Of a stretch of DNA of 64,000 nt, positions 1 to 8,504 are shown piece after piece. The stretch covers positions 32,001 to 96,000 of the IMG/VR virus record IMGVR_UViG_3300043548_000722. One strand, written 5' to 3'. The position numbers were made by a program, and so were the translations under genes. The number at the start of each line of letters is the position of its first letter. Within the stretch, counting starts at the first letter, position 1. This DNA is from a virus. The notes below the pieces were generated by a model. It made no database searches and was not told where the DNA came from. It saw only the letters and a list, made by a program, of their open reading frames with translations.

Positions 1-2031
1 GATTGCTCTTCCTGGGTCAGCCTGTGGCGTTCCGTTAGGTGCCGGATTTTGCTGCGCGTTGAGAGGATCGATCTGCGAGCCGCGGTCATTCATTAGTTGG
101 ATAACCAGCTGATACAACGGAGGATTCTCCATCTGCATTTGCTGAAGAGCTTGATACATGGCTTCTTCGCCCTGTTCTTTTTTTAGCATGCGTAAGAACG
201 ATGCTGCGCGCTGCGCGATGTACCGCAGGTCCACACCCCCTGACCCAGGCTGGATTGGTGACTGGGCAGACGCCATAGCGGCGGGCATTCCATCCTGATT
301 CGGAGTGGCCGCATTCTCATCGTAGGCGGTAGCTCCTTCTGGAAGCCCAGGAGTTTGCTGAGCCTGATCTCCAGCGGGTCCCTGCTGAGCGGCCGGGTCT
401 TGCGGCATTGCGCCCTGCGCTTGCTGCTGTGCGGCAGCCTGCTGCGCTGCCTGCTGCATCTCCATTTGTACCTGGCCCTGTGCGCGCATGGTCAGGGCCT
501 GCGCCTTGGCTTGGTAGCGTGAGGTCCGAAGCTGGGCTTCTCCCTGAATATCTGCCGAAGCGACCTGCATGCGGCGATTGGACTGAAGCTGCTTCTTGAT
601 CTCTTCGCGCATGCGCTCCGACTCGAGATCGAAATCCTCCCCAAGTTCTTCCATGAGGCGATGATCGCTGATCTTCTGAGCCTGGTTGAGTTGGAGGTAG
701 AACATGCTTCTTTGCAAGTCATCAGCCATACGGAACTTGTCGAATCTCGACGAGACCTTGGGCCACTCCATGAAGGAGGCAATCTTACCCATGATGAAGA
801 CGTTGATCAGCTCGTGGCGCTGCTTGTTGTACCCCAGGAACATGTTTTCCAGTGCCCGGAGCGAGGTACTCGATCCAGACCACTGGAGTCCTCCGAAGAT
901 GAACTCCACAGGAATGCCGGCGCCAGCAAGCATCTGCTCAGCCAGAAGACGCATCTCTTGGTACATCAACAGGGCGCGACCTTGTCCACCGATCTGCTGG
1001 AATCCGATGTTGACAGGAAGGACCGGGATGTAGTTGTGATCCCGCTTCCACATGTTGATTTCTTCATCTACCCGACGTTTCCAGTTCGTCAGGTTGTAGG
1101 CCCCGTAGGGCCCCTCGTTGCCTCCAGTGTTCTGGCCCGGGAAGATCATCCGCATGGGAACGATGTTCTCCATGAGGATTGCCTCGTTGGCCTTCTTCAT
1201 GACCTGGAGGTAGAACGCATCCTTCAGAAGCGGGAAGATCAGGGGCGTGCCCCAGCCTTGATCCTTCTGGGCGATCGTCGGTCGCTTCAGATGGTAGAGG
1301 TTGTCCTCCGAAAAGAGGAGTGACTTGTTCGCGCGGGCGGCTTCAAGGAACTCGAGGGGAAGCGACTCAATCTCGTCGCAGTCTCCAAGTTTGATGTCGT
1401 TGATCACGCTCTTGGGTAGGCGGAAGTAGTACTTGGTCTTTCCAGTAATCTCGTTGTGCTTGATGTCGATGTTCTCTGGATTCCACCGAACCAGGCGAAT
1501 CTGGCGGAAGCTCCGAACGTAGACATCGTGCTGCTTCGCGTAGCCCTCGTGGCCACAGTCGCACTTGTGAAGGTAGAAACGAGAGTCACGCCACTTGTAG
1601 CGGAATCTGTTGGTCTTGGCACGGTAGCGTGCGCCGCAGGAAGCACAGATGAGGTACTTCTCGAACGGCAGGAACACCGAGACAAAGGCGTTTCCGTATA
1701 CGAAGTAGTCGAGCCCGACCTCGACCTGAAATGAGCGCAGCTTGAGGTGATCCTCTACCTTCTTATAAAGCTTCATCACCTCCGGGTCGTCTGTCTCAAA
1801 AATAAGAGGGGTGACCGGGTACTCTGCCATTTTGGAGCACGCGGCGTTGATCACCGGATTTGTCAAGAAGTAATACCGGCACCACTTGTGTAGTTCGTGC
1901 TGATTAGATGGAAGGAACTGCTGAGAGATGTCAAAGAACGGCGACGGATAGCGAATGCCGAATCCTCGGCCACCCTCAGTGGTGACTGGCCTCGGATTAA
2001 AACGGTTTACTTCGCTGGTAATGACGTTCAT
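1..2031 (-). CDS. Portal protein (partial, 3' end beyond window), with Cys-rich insertion and Q/A-rich C-terminal region
   Basis: Not in ORF track because it has no stop in the window. Hand translation from the ATG at 2031 (ATGA overlap with upstream stop): MNVITSEVNRFNPRP...RYPSPFFDISQQFLP...WCRYYFLTNPVINAACSKMAEYPVT...GLDYFVYGNAFVS...LYHLKRP...GWGTPLI...LAGAGIPVEFIFGG. These segments fit portal patterns; about 677 codons open. Confidence 0.8.
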   Translation of the reverse strand, partial: MNVITSEVNRFNPRPVTTEGGRGFGIRYPSPFFDISQQFLPSNQHELHKWCRYYFLTNPVINAACSKMAEYPVTPLIFETDDPEVMKLYKKVEDHLKLRSFQVEVGLDYFVYGNAFVSVFLPFEKYLICASCGARYRAKTNRFRYKWRDSRFYLHKCDCGHEGYAKQHDVYVRSFRQIRLVRWNPENIDIKHNEITGKTKYYFRLPKSVINDIKLGDCDEIESLPLEFLEAARANKSLLFSEDNLYHLKRPTIAQKDQGWGTPLIFPLLKDAFYLQVMKKANEAILMENIVPMRMIFPGQNTGGNEGPYGAYNLTNWKRRVDEEINMWKRDHNYIPVLPVNIGFQQIGGQGRALLMYQEMRLLAEQMLAGAGIPVEFIFGGLQWSGSSTSLRALENMFLGYNKQRHELINVFIMGKIASFMEWPKVSSRFDKFRMADDLQRSMFYLQLNQAQKISDHRLMEELGEDFDLESERMREEIKKQLQSNRRMQVASADIQGEAQLRTSRYQAKAQALTMRAQGQVQMEMQQAAQQAAAQQQAQGAMPQDPAAQQGPAGDQAQQTPGLPEGATAYDENAATPNQDGMPAAMASAQSPIQPGSGGVDLRYIAQRAASFLRMLKKEQGEEAMYQALQQMQMENPPLYQLVIQLMNDRGSQIDPLNAQQNPAPNGTPQADPGRAI

Positions 2032-3050
2032 GACTGCTCATCCTTTCCCTGACCGAATGCTCTGTCTAAGACAGAGCCAGCAGATCCTGTAACGTCAGAA
2101 GCCAGTCCTTCAAATGGAACTGCTGCCATCCCTACCGCTGACGGAACGATCAGTTTCTGGCTTAGGAAAGACCTCTTTCCGCCTGTGATCAAGTTAGATT
2201 TACCTAATCCTAAGTTTCTACCGGTAAATAGATGAGCCGTTCCAGCGGTGATACCCGCAGCAGTTAGGCCACGAGCGAGCCTCTCCGCAACACCACGCTC
2301 ATTGCCCTCATCGTCGGTGGAGGGGAGCGCGTTGGCGACACCAGTGACTCCCACCTGGCCGACCTCAATCGCCCGCTCGCCTGGCATATACGTGGAGATG
2401 CCCCCGCGTAATTTTACGTTCTGTGCGCCAGCTTCTTGGCCGATCTGCCGATACGCGTCAAGCAACTCTTCCTCTGGAATCATTTCTCCCGCGCGCTGGC
2501 GATCCATGATGCTTGTAATTTTAGATCTTAAGTTGTCGCTAGCGTTAAACTTCGGATCTTTGTTAAAAAATCCAGTCAGCCCACCAGAGGACCTTTCGCC
2601 TGCGCTTGCCCATCCTCCCTTGCGGGCTGCTCCAGCCGTATCTGATAACGCGTCAAACTGTGTTGCAGTGCCATCAAGCGCGTTTTCAAAGGCCTCATTC
2701 ATAAGCTCCACGCGTTTAGACCTAGCAGCCCCCTGAGTAAACTCGTCGGCATTATTTCCTGCGAAGCTGGCTCCGCTTGACAGCCCGCGCTTAATACTTT
2801 GAACGGGCTTAGTCGCTACTTCCTTAGCTGCCGTAAAGAGCTTACCGGCCCCGCTAGGATTACGAAGTAGGGCCGCACCAGCTACCAAACCTCCGATTGC
2901 GGGGAGAACCACGCCCGGACCCGTGAAGTTTCTTTGTATGATATTTTTTTTCTTTGGCTCCTGTGCCTCTGGCGCAGAGGGGGTAGCCGAAGAAATCCCA
3001 GCTTGTTTTTGCAACTCAAGTGAGAACGAGTAAAGAACGCTTTTATTCAT
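2028..3050 (-). CDS. Hypothetical protein with FxxELxKxA leader and Gly/Ala-rich hydrophobic segments (putative virion cargo)
   Basis: 340 aa; starts MNKSVLYSFSLELQKQAG; hydrophobic stretch VVLPAIGGLVAGAALL; coupled to the portal gene. Confidence 0.75.
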   Translation of the reverse strand: MNKSVLYSFSLELQKQAGISSATPSAPEAQEPKKKNIIQRNFTGPGVVLPAIGGLVAGAALLRNPSGAGKLFTAAKEVATKPVQSIKRGLSSGASFAGNNADEFTQGAARSKRVELMNEAFENALDGTATQFDALSDTAGAARKGGWASAGERSSGGLTGFFNKDPKFNASDNLRSKITSIMDRQRAGEMIPEEELLDAYRQIGQEAGAQNVKLRGGISTYMPGERAIEVGQVGVTGVANALPSTDDEGNERGVAERLARGLTAAGITAGTAHLFTGRNLGLGKSNLITGGKRSFLSQKLIVPSAVGMAAVPFEGLASDVTGSAGSVLDRAFGQGKDEQS

Positions 3051-3053
3051 AGT

Positions 3054-3842
3054 TCACCTCAGCTCGGCAGTGTAGCGGAAGAGGGCATCGACGGCCTCAT
3101 ATAGTTTTACCGCGCATATATCATCAGCAGTTTCTAGAAGGGTCGGGTTCTTTTTACTTAGAAGAGCGACCAGGGTCCTCTGCACGCCCGCAGTTGGAAG
3201 CTTAGTGACAATCTTTACCTTAGACCCATTAAACTTCTTTCGAAGCCCCTCGTCTGGCTCCATCTTCAATAGACTGTCCGTGTTGTATCGGTCTGTGCAG
3301 TAGCTACAGAGGCCATCCTCTTTTGGCTCCTCTTCATTTCCGCACTCTCCGCAGACCTGTGTGGTCTTCGAGATCAGAGGATTTAAAAACTCCAGTGGCT
3401 CCGGTACGTACCAGATTCCCGACTCATGGAGCTGCGCGGCCATATACCGCCGGACCTCCTCCGCAAATAATGGAATGTCTCCGAGGGTCCCTAAGTCCAA
3501 TCGGATTCTGTTAGCCGCATCTACGGCCAACATAAGGTCAGAGACTGACTGGTTATCAATATGTGAAACAGATGGGATCTTACCCACAAGGGCCTGAGAG
3601 ACTGTGTGGAACGTTTCCCAGCTCTTCCAAAACATGTCGTGGTTGGCAACCGAAATGGCCGCCAGTAGCTTCATGAGCACGACACGGGGGATGTTGAGTT
3701 TCAGGCGATCCTCAACAGACCTTTTAACGACAAAAGGTTCCCACTCCAACGCTCTTGGGCCGAAGAGAGAAAGGTAGCCACGAAGCAAGGAGAGAGGATG
3801 ACTCTTCTCGTCCTTGAATACCTGGATATCAGTACCCACCAT
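3054..3842 (-). CDS. Hypothetical protein with C4 zinc-ribbon motif
   Basis: 262 aa ORF in operon; CGEC...CSYC motif. Confidence 0.75.
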   Translation of the reverse strand: MVGTDIQVFKDEKSHPLSLLRGYLSLFGPRALEWEPFVVKRSVEDRLKLNIPRVVLMKLLAAISVANHDMFWKSWETFHTVSQALVGKIPSVSHIDNQSVSDLMLAVDAANRIRLDLGTLGDIPLFAEEVRRYMAAQLHESGIWYVPEPLEFLNPLISKTTQVCGECGNEEEPKEDGLCSYCTDRYNTDSLLKMEPDEGLRKKFNGSKVKIVTKLPTAGVQRTLVALLSKKNPTLLETADDICAVKLYEAVDALFRYTAELR

Positions 3843-4923
3843 TGTTTGTATCTCTGGACTGCGAGGCCATACGGGACAGGAGGATCTGCTGCTCTAGCGG
3901 CATCTTCTTGAATGTGCCAATCGGATCGCTCTTGAACCGCGACACTACGTCCTCCTCAAAAACATCTTGCAGCGCAGTGTGTGCGGCGGTGCTACCGGCA
4001 TATCGCATCAGCATGGAAGCCGTGACGTAGTCGCCTCCGTGAACCCAGGAATACTCAGCCTGCTTTTCCGTGCCAAAAACTGTGAGTACGGGGTCAGGGA
4101 TGTTCTGGCCATAACGATTTAGGAGTCCAGCACGCTCGTCCATCAGGAAGAGCGCCTCGACGACATCGTCTGGATCGAGCGCCGCCGCCATCTTGGCCAG
4201 TCGAAGGTAGTCTTCCTGGTACGCGGGGTTGGCTGTGTACTCTGCGCGACGAGAAGCAACCTTCTCAAAGCGCGGGTTGAGTGTGGTCCCGCTGTAACGG
4301 AAGATGTGATCCGGGATCTGCGCACCGATGTCGCTTGCGACCTTCACAATGTCGACTGCGGCCTCGTGCCGATCGTACGGATCGAGGTCATCCCATGCCT
4401 CAACGAGGGCCGAGATCGCATCAAAGGCAGACGCAGTCTTCTCATGCCTACCCAGCGGCACAGACATGCCCTTTCCAAGAGGACGCATGATCTGCGACGG
4501 CTCGTATGAGGCGGTTTTCGCGTACTGCGTAGCGGCAGACGCCGCCTTGATCAGTACGCGGCGTCCGTCCCCGGGAAGATCGTCTCCCTCATTGGCAAGG
4601 ATGGTCAGTGCCGGGTGAGAGGCGAGTCCGAGTGCGTCGGCCGCATCGAGAAGATTGGCCGCGGCCACCTTGACCGCCCCGCTGGGCAGGCCGTGCTCTG
4701 CGTTGAGCAAGTACCACTGCGAGAGAAAGGTGTTGCCCGCGTCATGGCACGCAAACTTGCGATGCTCCTTGCCTTGGCTGTCCATGATGATGAGCGCGAA
4801 GTCACGGTCATACAGATCGTCACGCTCCTTCCAGGATGCCGTCTTGAGGAACTCGACGCCGCTCTTGGGTCCAGTCGTGCGAAACAGCTCTCCGAGGTCG
4901 TCATGATGGTCGACTACAGCCAT
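3829..4923 (-). CDS. Hypothetical head-associated protein rich in KxA motifs (scaffold/core candidate)
   Basis: 364 aa; AGGAG RBS upstream; first gene of the portal operon; 10 KxA motifs. Confidence 0.8.
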   Translation of the reverse strand: MAVVDHHDDLGELFRTTGPKSGVEFLKTASWKERDDLYDRDFALIIMDSQGKEHRKFACHDAGNTFLSQWYLLNAEHGLPSGAVKVAAANLLDAADALGLASHPALTILANEGDDLPGDGRRVLIKAASAATQYAKTASYEPSQIMRPLGKGMSVPLGRHEKTASAFDAISALVEAWDDLDPYDRHEAAVDIVKVASDIGAQIPDHIFRYSGTTLNPRFEKVASRRAEYTANPAYQEDYLRLAKMAAALDPDDVVEALFLMDERAGLLNRYGQNIPDPVLTVFGTEKQAEYSWVHGGDYVTASMLMRYAGSTAAHTALQDVFEEDVVSRFKSDPIGTFKKMPLEQQILLSRMASQSRDTNNGGY

Positions 4924-5003
4924 GTTTTAGCTCCTGAAGGAGAAAATGTAGATCCCAGTATACGCAGTCATAAGCCTTGTAGCACCCAACCAGAGGTTAG
5001 TGC
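4924..5003. promoter_or_regulatory. Divergent promoter region between head operon and replication operon
   Basis: 80-nt intergenic gap between divergent starts, with an RBS for each gene; contains AGTCATAA at 4966-4973. Confidence 0.55.
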
Positions 5004-5411
5004 ATGGGAACTTTCTCAAGTCGATTCGCAGATGACGAGGATGCCTCATCAGGAAGGCCAGAGTGCTACGGAGATCCCGACTATTACGATATCACGAACG
5101 ACGTGTGTAGGCAGTGTCGGTTCAAAGGCACCTGCCGACTCAAAGTCGGTGCGCTCGATCGAGAACAACGGAGAGTTCATTCACCAGCACCGCACACAGC
5201 GACTGCCGTCCCTACAACCGCAGCGACTGCATATAGGAATCGTCGCCCTGAGCCAGTGTACGCCCCTCCAACCGAGGAGTCCACGTTCTTCTCGGCCCTG
5301 GCCTGGAATGTAAGTCTGGATGCGGCAACTGCCAGCTTCGAGACTATCGCATCTGCTTTTGCGCGGATTCCGCGCGAAGGTTATCCTTCCTTACGGAAAT
5401 CTAGAAAATGA
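5004..5411 (+). CDS. Hypothetical Cys-motif protein
   Basis: 135 aa; GAGG RBS; C-x13-C-x2-C-x5-C motif; ATGA overlap with helicase. Confidence 0.7.
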   Translation: MGTFSSRFADDEDASSGRPECYGDPDYYDITNDVCRQCRFKGTCRLKVGALDREQRRVHSPAPHTATAVPTTAATAYRNRRPEPVYAPPTEESTFFSALAWNVSLDAATASFETIASAFARIPREGYPSLRKSRK

Positions 5412-6781
5412 TCAAGCTGCCGATCTTGAAAGAGGCCACGGCTTACCGAGGTCGGCATCTTTTCTTGCCAAAGAGCCATGTCAAGCGTTCCATGGTTGAA
5501 GGGCTCCTGACCTTCGGGGATGACCCTTCCCGTGGAACGCGCGACCTGGTCGTGGATCATCCTCTTCACGTTCAGGTTCCGCGCTACACGCTGACAGATG
5601 CCCAGATTGAGAAGCTCGGGTGTGAGTTCATAGACTATCGCCCAGAGTTCCCAAAGATTGAGTTGACGCCAAAGCCTTCCTTTCAGCTTCGAGACAACCA
5701 AGAGGAGGCTTGGGAGGCACTCAAGGTGGCAGATCGCGGAGTCCTGAATCTTGCATGTGGCAAAGGAAAGACCGTGCTTGGATGGGCCAAGGCCGCGCAT
5801 GAGGGAGTGCCGACACTCATTGTTAGTCCACAGACGGCGCACCTCGACAACTGGATTGCAGAGCTACACCAGTTCTTCGACTATAAGAAAAAGATTGGAT
5901 GGATCCAAGGTAAGAAGTTCGAGTACGAGGAAGACATCTGCGTCTCGACCGTCCAGACATTGGCCGCGCGCGCAGAGGAAGGATTGCTGCCGCCTGACTT
6001 CTACCGTCGATTCGGGCTCGTCATCTATGACGAGTGCCACATCATGGCCGCAGATTTCTTCTCAAAGGCCAGCAGTGTTGGCTCTGGCACAAGGATCGGA
6101 CTGACCGCAACTCCGACGAGGACGGACCGCTGCGAGGGAGTGTTCTTCTCGCACCTCGGCCCGGTGTTCTACTCGGACATCACTCAAGACCTAACTCCTA
6201 CGATTTTTGTCGTAGATGCCGGAGCCTTCTTCAGTGAAGCCGAGCGGTCTCGGATGCTGGACCGAAATGGGCAGCTAAACATTGGGCGGCTTCACAAGAC
6301 CCTCGCAGAGAATGCCGATCGGAATCGGGTCATCCAGCAAGTTATCGACGAGTGCCTCAAAAGAGGAAGGACCGTGTACGCGCTCTCACACGGGCCAGAG
6401 CACATCGAGACGTTCCAGCAGAGCAATCCCGGAAGCACCGTCATTCACGGAGGGACGAAGTCAACCGAGAGGCTGGATCTGTTGAACGGTAGCAATCTGG
6501 TCTTTGCCTCGATTGGCGTCGGGGCGGCGGCCTACAACCGGAAGGACCTGGACACGTTGATTCTGATGACGCCCTTTGCCGCGCGCTCGCATTCGGCGAT
6601 TACGTTCCAGCAGAGCGTGGGGCGGATCCTCCGAGCCCTTCCGGGTAAGAAGGAACCGTGGGTATTTCTGATCATGGACAAGTCGGTGGACGCGTGTAAG
6701 GGAATGATCCACTCTTTGATCCGTGAAAGTCAACGTAAGAAATACCGTGTCATAACGAAATGGAACTGGACCTCGATATAG
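5408..6781 (+). CDS. Superfamily 2 DExH helicase (UvsW/XPB-like)
   Basis: Q motif LRDNQ, Walker A ACGKGKT, DECH, GLTAT, QQSVGRILR. Confidence 0.93.
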   Translation: MIKLPILKEATAYRGRHLFLPKSHVKRSMVEGLLTFGDDPSRGTRDLVVDHPLHVQVPRYTLTDAQIEKLGCEFIDYRPEFPKIELTPKPSFQLRDNQEEAWEALKVADRGVLNLACGKGKTVLGWAKAAHEGVPTLIVSPQTAHLDNWIAELHQFFDYKKKIGWIQGKKFEYEEDICVSTVQTLAARAEEGLLPPDFYRRFGLVIYDECHIMAADFFSKASSVGSGTRIGLTATPTRTDRCEGVFFSHLGPVFYSDITQDLTPTIFVVDAGAFFSEAERSRMLDRNGQLNIGRLHKTLAENADRNRVIQQVIDECLKRGRTVYALSHGPEHIETFQQSNPGSTVIHGGTKSTERLDLLNGSNLVFASIGVGAAAYNRKDLDTLILMTPFAARSHSAITFQQSVGRILRALPGKKEPWVFLIMDKSVDACKGMIHSLIRESQRKKYRVITKWNWTSI

Positions 6782-6792
6782 GTGAGGTAAGC

Positions 6793-7506
6793 ATGATTGG
6801 ATTGAGCCGGATTCGGGCTCTGCATCACGAGTACAGTCGGTGCTCCCGATGCCCCCGACTGTGTGAGAGCCGGACTCAGCCGGTCTTCGGGGCAGGAAGT
6901 GTGCATGCCGACATTGTCTACGTCGGCGGCGCTCCGGGTGAAGAGGAGGATGCCGAAGGTACGCCCTTTGTAGGGGCGGCTGGTCGGCTGTTACTACAGC
7001 TGTTCGAGAAGGTCTGGCCGTCAGATGACGAGCTGGAGGAGATTCGCGGCATCGATGATAACAATGCCTACTTTGATCGACTGTCAGAGTACATGCTTCG
7101 GCATGTGTTCCTTACAAACTCGGTCCTGTGCCGCCCTGAAGATGATAGGACGCCTTCTGCCACAGAGCTGAAAGAGTGCAAGGAGCGGCTGCACCAGACC
7201 ATCTACGCGATCGATCCCATCTTGATCATCGCGGGCGGTAAGACGGCGGCATCGCAGCTCGTAGGAAAGAACGTCAACATCCTTGAGAGGCGAGGGGACT
7301 TGATGGACATCACCATCGTGTCTCCTTCGACGCAACGTGAAGTTCGCTACACGATGCTCCCGGTTCTGGATTGCGGATTCCTCCTCAAGAAGGGGGACAG
7401 TGCCCTCGTCAAAGAGAAGAAAGGGCACACATTTGACACGCTCGGCGACTTTCGCTTTGCGGTCGATATTGTCAACAACCATAGAAAGCTTGTGAGAGGT
7501 GTCTAA
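6793..7506 (+). CDS. Family 4 uracil-DNA glycosylase-like protein (4Fe-4S cysteines kept, catalytic motifs divergent)
   Basis: CSRCPRLCESRTQPVFGAG, ED..G.PFVGAAGRLL, TNSVLCRP, ELKEC. Start moved to ATG 6793 behind a GAGG RBS (track start 6760). Confidence 0.88.
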   Translation: MIGLSRIRALHHEYSRCSRCPRLCESRTQPVFGAGSVHADIVYVGGAPGEEEDAEGTPFVGAAGRLLLQLFEKVWPSDDELEEIRGIDDNNAYFDRLSEYMLRHVFLTNSVLCRPEDDRTPSATELKECKERLHQTIYAIDPILIIAGGKTAASQLVGKNVNILERRGDLMDITIVSPSTQREVRYTMLPVLDCGFLLKKGDSALVKEKKGHTFDTLGDFRFAVDIVNNHRKLVRGV

Positions 7507-7928
7507 TGCAGAACACCACGCGACTGGTCGAGATCAGCGTTCGGCTCCGTGAACTCAAGGACATCCTGCGTGCCTCGGAGCCGGAGGTCTTTGAGGAGAT
7601 GCAGGAGCTGGAAGGGGAACGTGCGGACTTGGCGGAGAAGGCCAAGACGGAACTTCGTGAGGCCGGTGTCGGCACGCATGATGTCGGTGGGTTCAAGTTC
7701 CGGGTACAGCCTGGGACGAAGAAGCGCGTGTACCAGACGGAGGACATCCTCGAGTTGGCAGAGGAGCTGGGGCACCTCGAGTTGCTTCAGCAGTACAAGG
7801 TTTTGCGCTCCGAAGTCGACCCCGCCCAGATTGAGCGCCTTCCGGGAGACATCAAGGTTCACTACCAGGATCTCTACACGGAGACTGTTCAGAGCGCCAA
7901 GGTCACACTTCCGAAGGAAGTGCAGTGA
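7506..7928 (+). CDS. Hypothetical protein (N-terminal coiled coil)
   Basis: 140 aa; TAATG coupling; GAGAGG RBS. Confidence 0.75.
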   Translation: MQNTTRLVEISVRLRELKDILRASEPEVFEEMQELEGERADLAEKAKTELREAGVGTHDVGGFKFRVQPGTKKRVYQTEDILELAEELGHLELLQQYKVLRSEVDPAQIERLPGDIKVHYQDLYTETVQSAKVTLPKEVQ

Positions 7929-8248
7929 TTGAAGTGTCCATCGCAGCCGGCAAGGAGCGCCGGCTGTACTCCGCCGCAGTCACGCACAAGGAGATGTCGA
8001 TGGAGAAGGATCAGTTCGCCGCCCTGGTAGGGGATGGCAAGGCATCTGTGAGTCTTGCGATGTCCTACGCGGACAAGGATTACGGCAACGGCTATGAGGT
8101 AAGGGTCAGCGTCCACCTGTCCTGCAATCAAGACGCGGCTACGATTGACGAGGCCAGGACTCTCGTACTGGAAGCAGTGCGGGACCACCTCGAAGTCGCT
8201 AAGCGAGAGGCAGAGGAACTCTATGAGGAACTCAGCGGAAGAGGCTAA
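7925..8248 (+). CDS. Hypothetical protein
   Basis: 107 aa; GTGA overlap; phage-like codon usage. Confidence 0.7.
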   Translation: MIEVSIAAGKERRLYSAAVTHKEMSMEKDQFAALVGDGKASVSLAMSYADKDYGNGYEVRVSVHLSCNQDAATIDEARTLVLEAVRDHLEVAKREAEELYEELSGRG

Positions 8249-8504
8249 AGTCTCCCTTCGCATTCTACGGGTGGAGATTACGCCCAATTCCGGAGAAATC
8301 CGGGTCTCCTACGTGGTCGGCCTGGAGAACAAGACGTTCACCGGAGAGATCGGCGGTGGAGAGACCTCCTTCGCCCATGAGGTCCTCGGCCCCCAGCTCT
8401 TTGAGCTTGTCAGCAAAGTCGAGGCCCAGATCTGTCAGGATCTGGGCCTCGGCCCGCCGCAAGAAGAACAAGTACTTGCATATGACGATGAGGATCCCCT
8501 GTAA
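8223..8504 (+). CDS. Hypothetical protein
   Basis: In-frame ATG 8223 behind GAGG (track start 8145); acidic C-terminus; TAATG-coupled to DnaB. Confidence 0.65.
   Translation: MRNSAEEAKVSLRILRVEITPNSGEIRVSYVVGLENKTFTGEIGGGETSFAHEVLGPQLFELVSKVEAQICQDLGLGPPQEEQVLAYDDEDPL

Noticed and set aside
661-1734. Plus-strand ORFs (220 aa, 109 aa, 92 aa)
   Set aside because: Antisense shadows of the minus-strand portal gene, which the track missed because it has no stop in the window.
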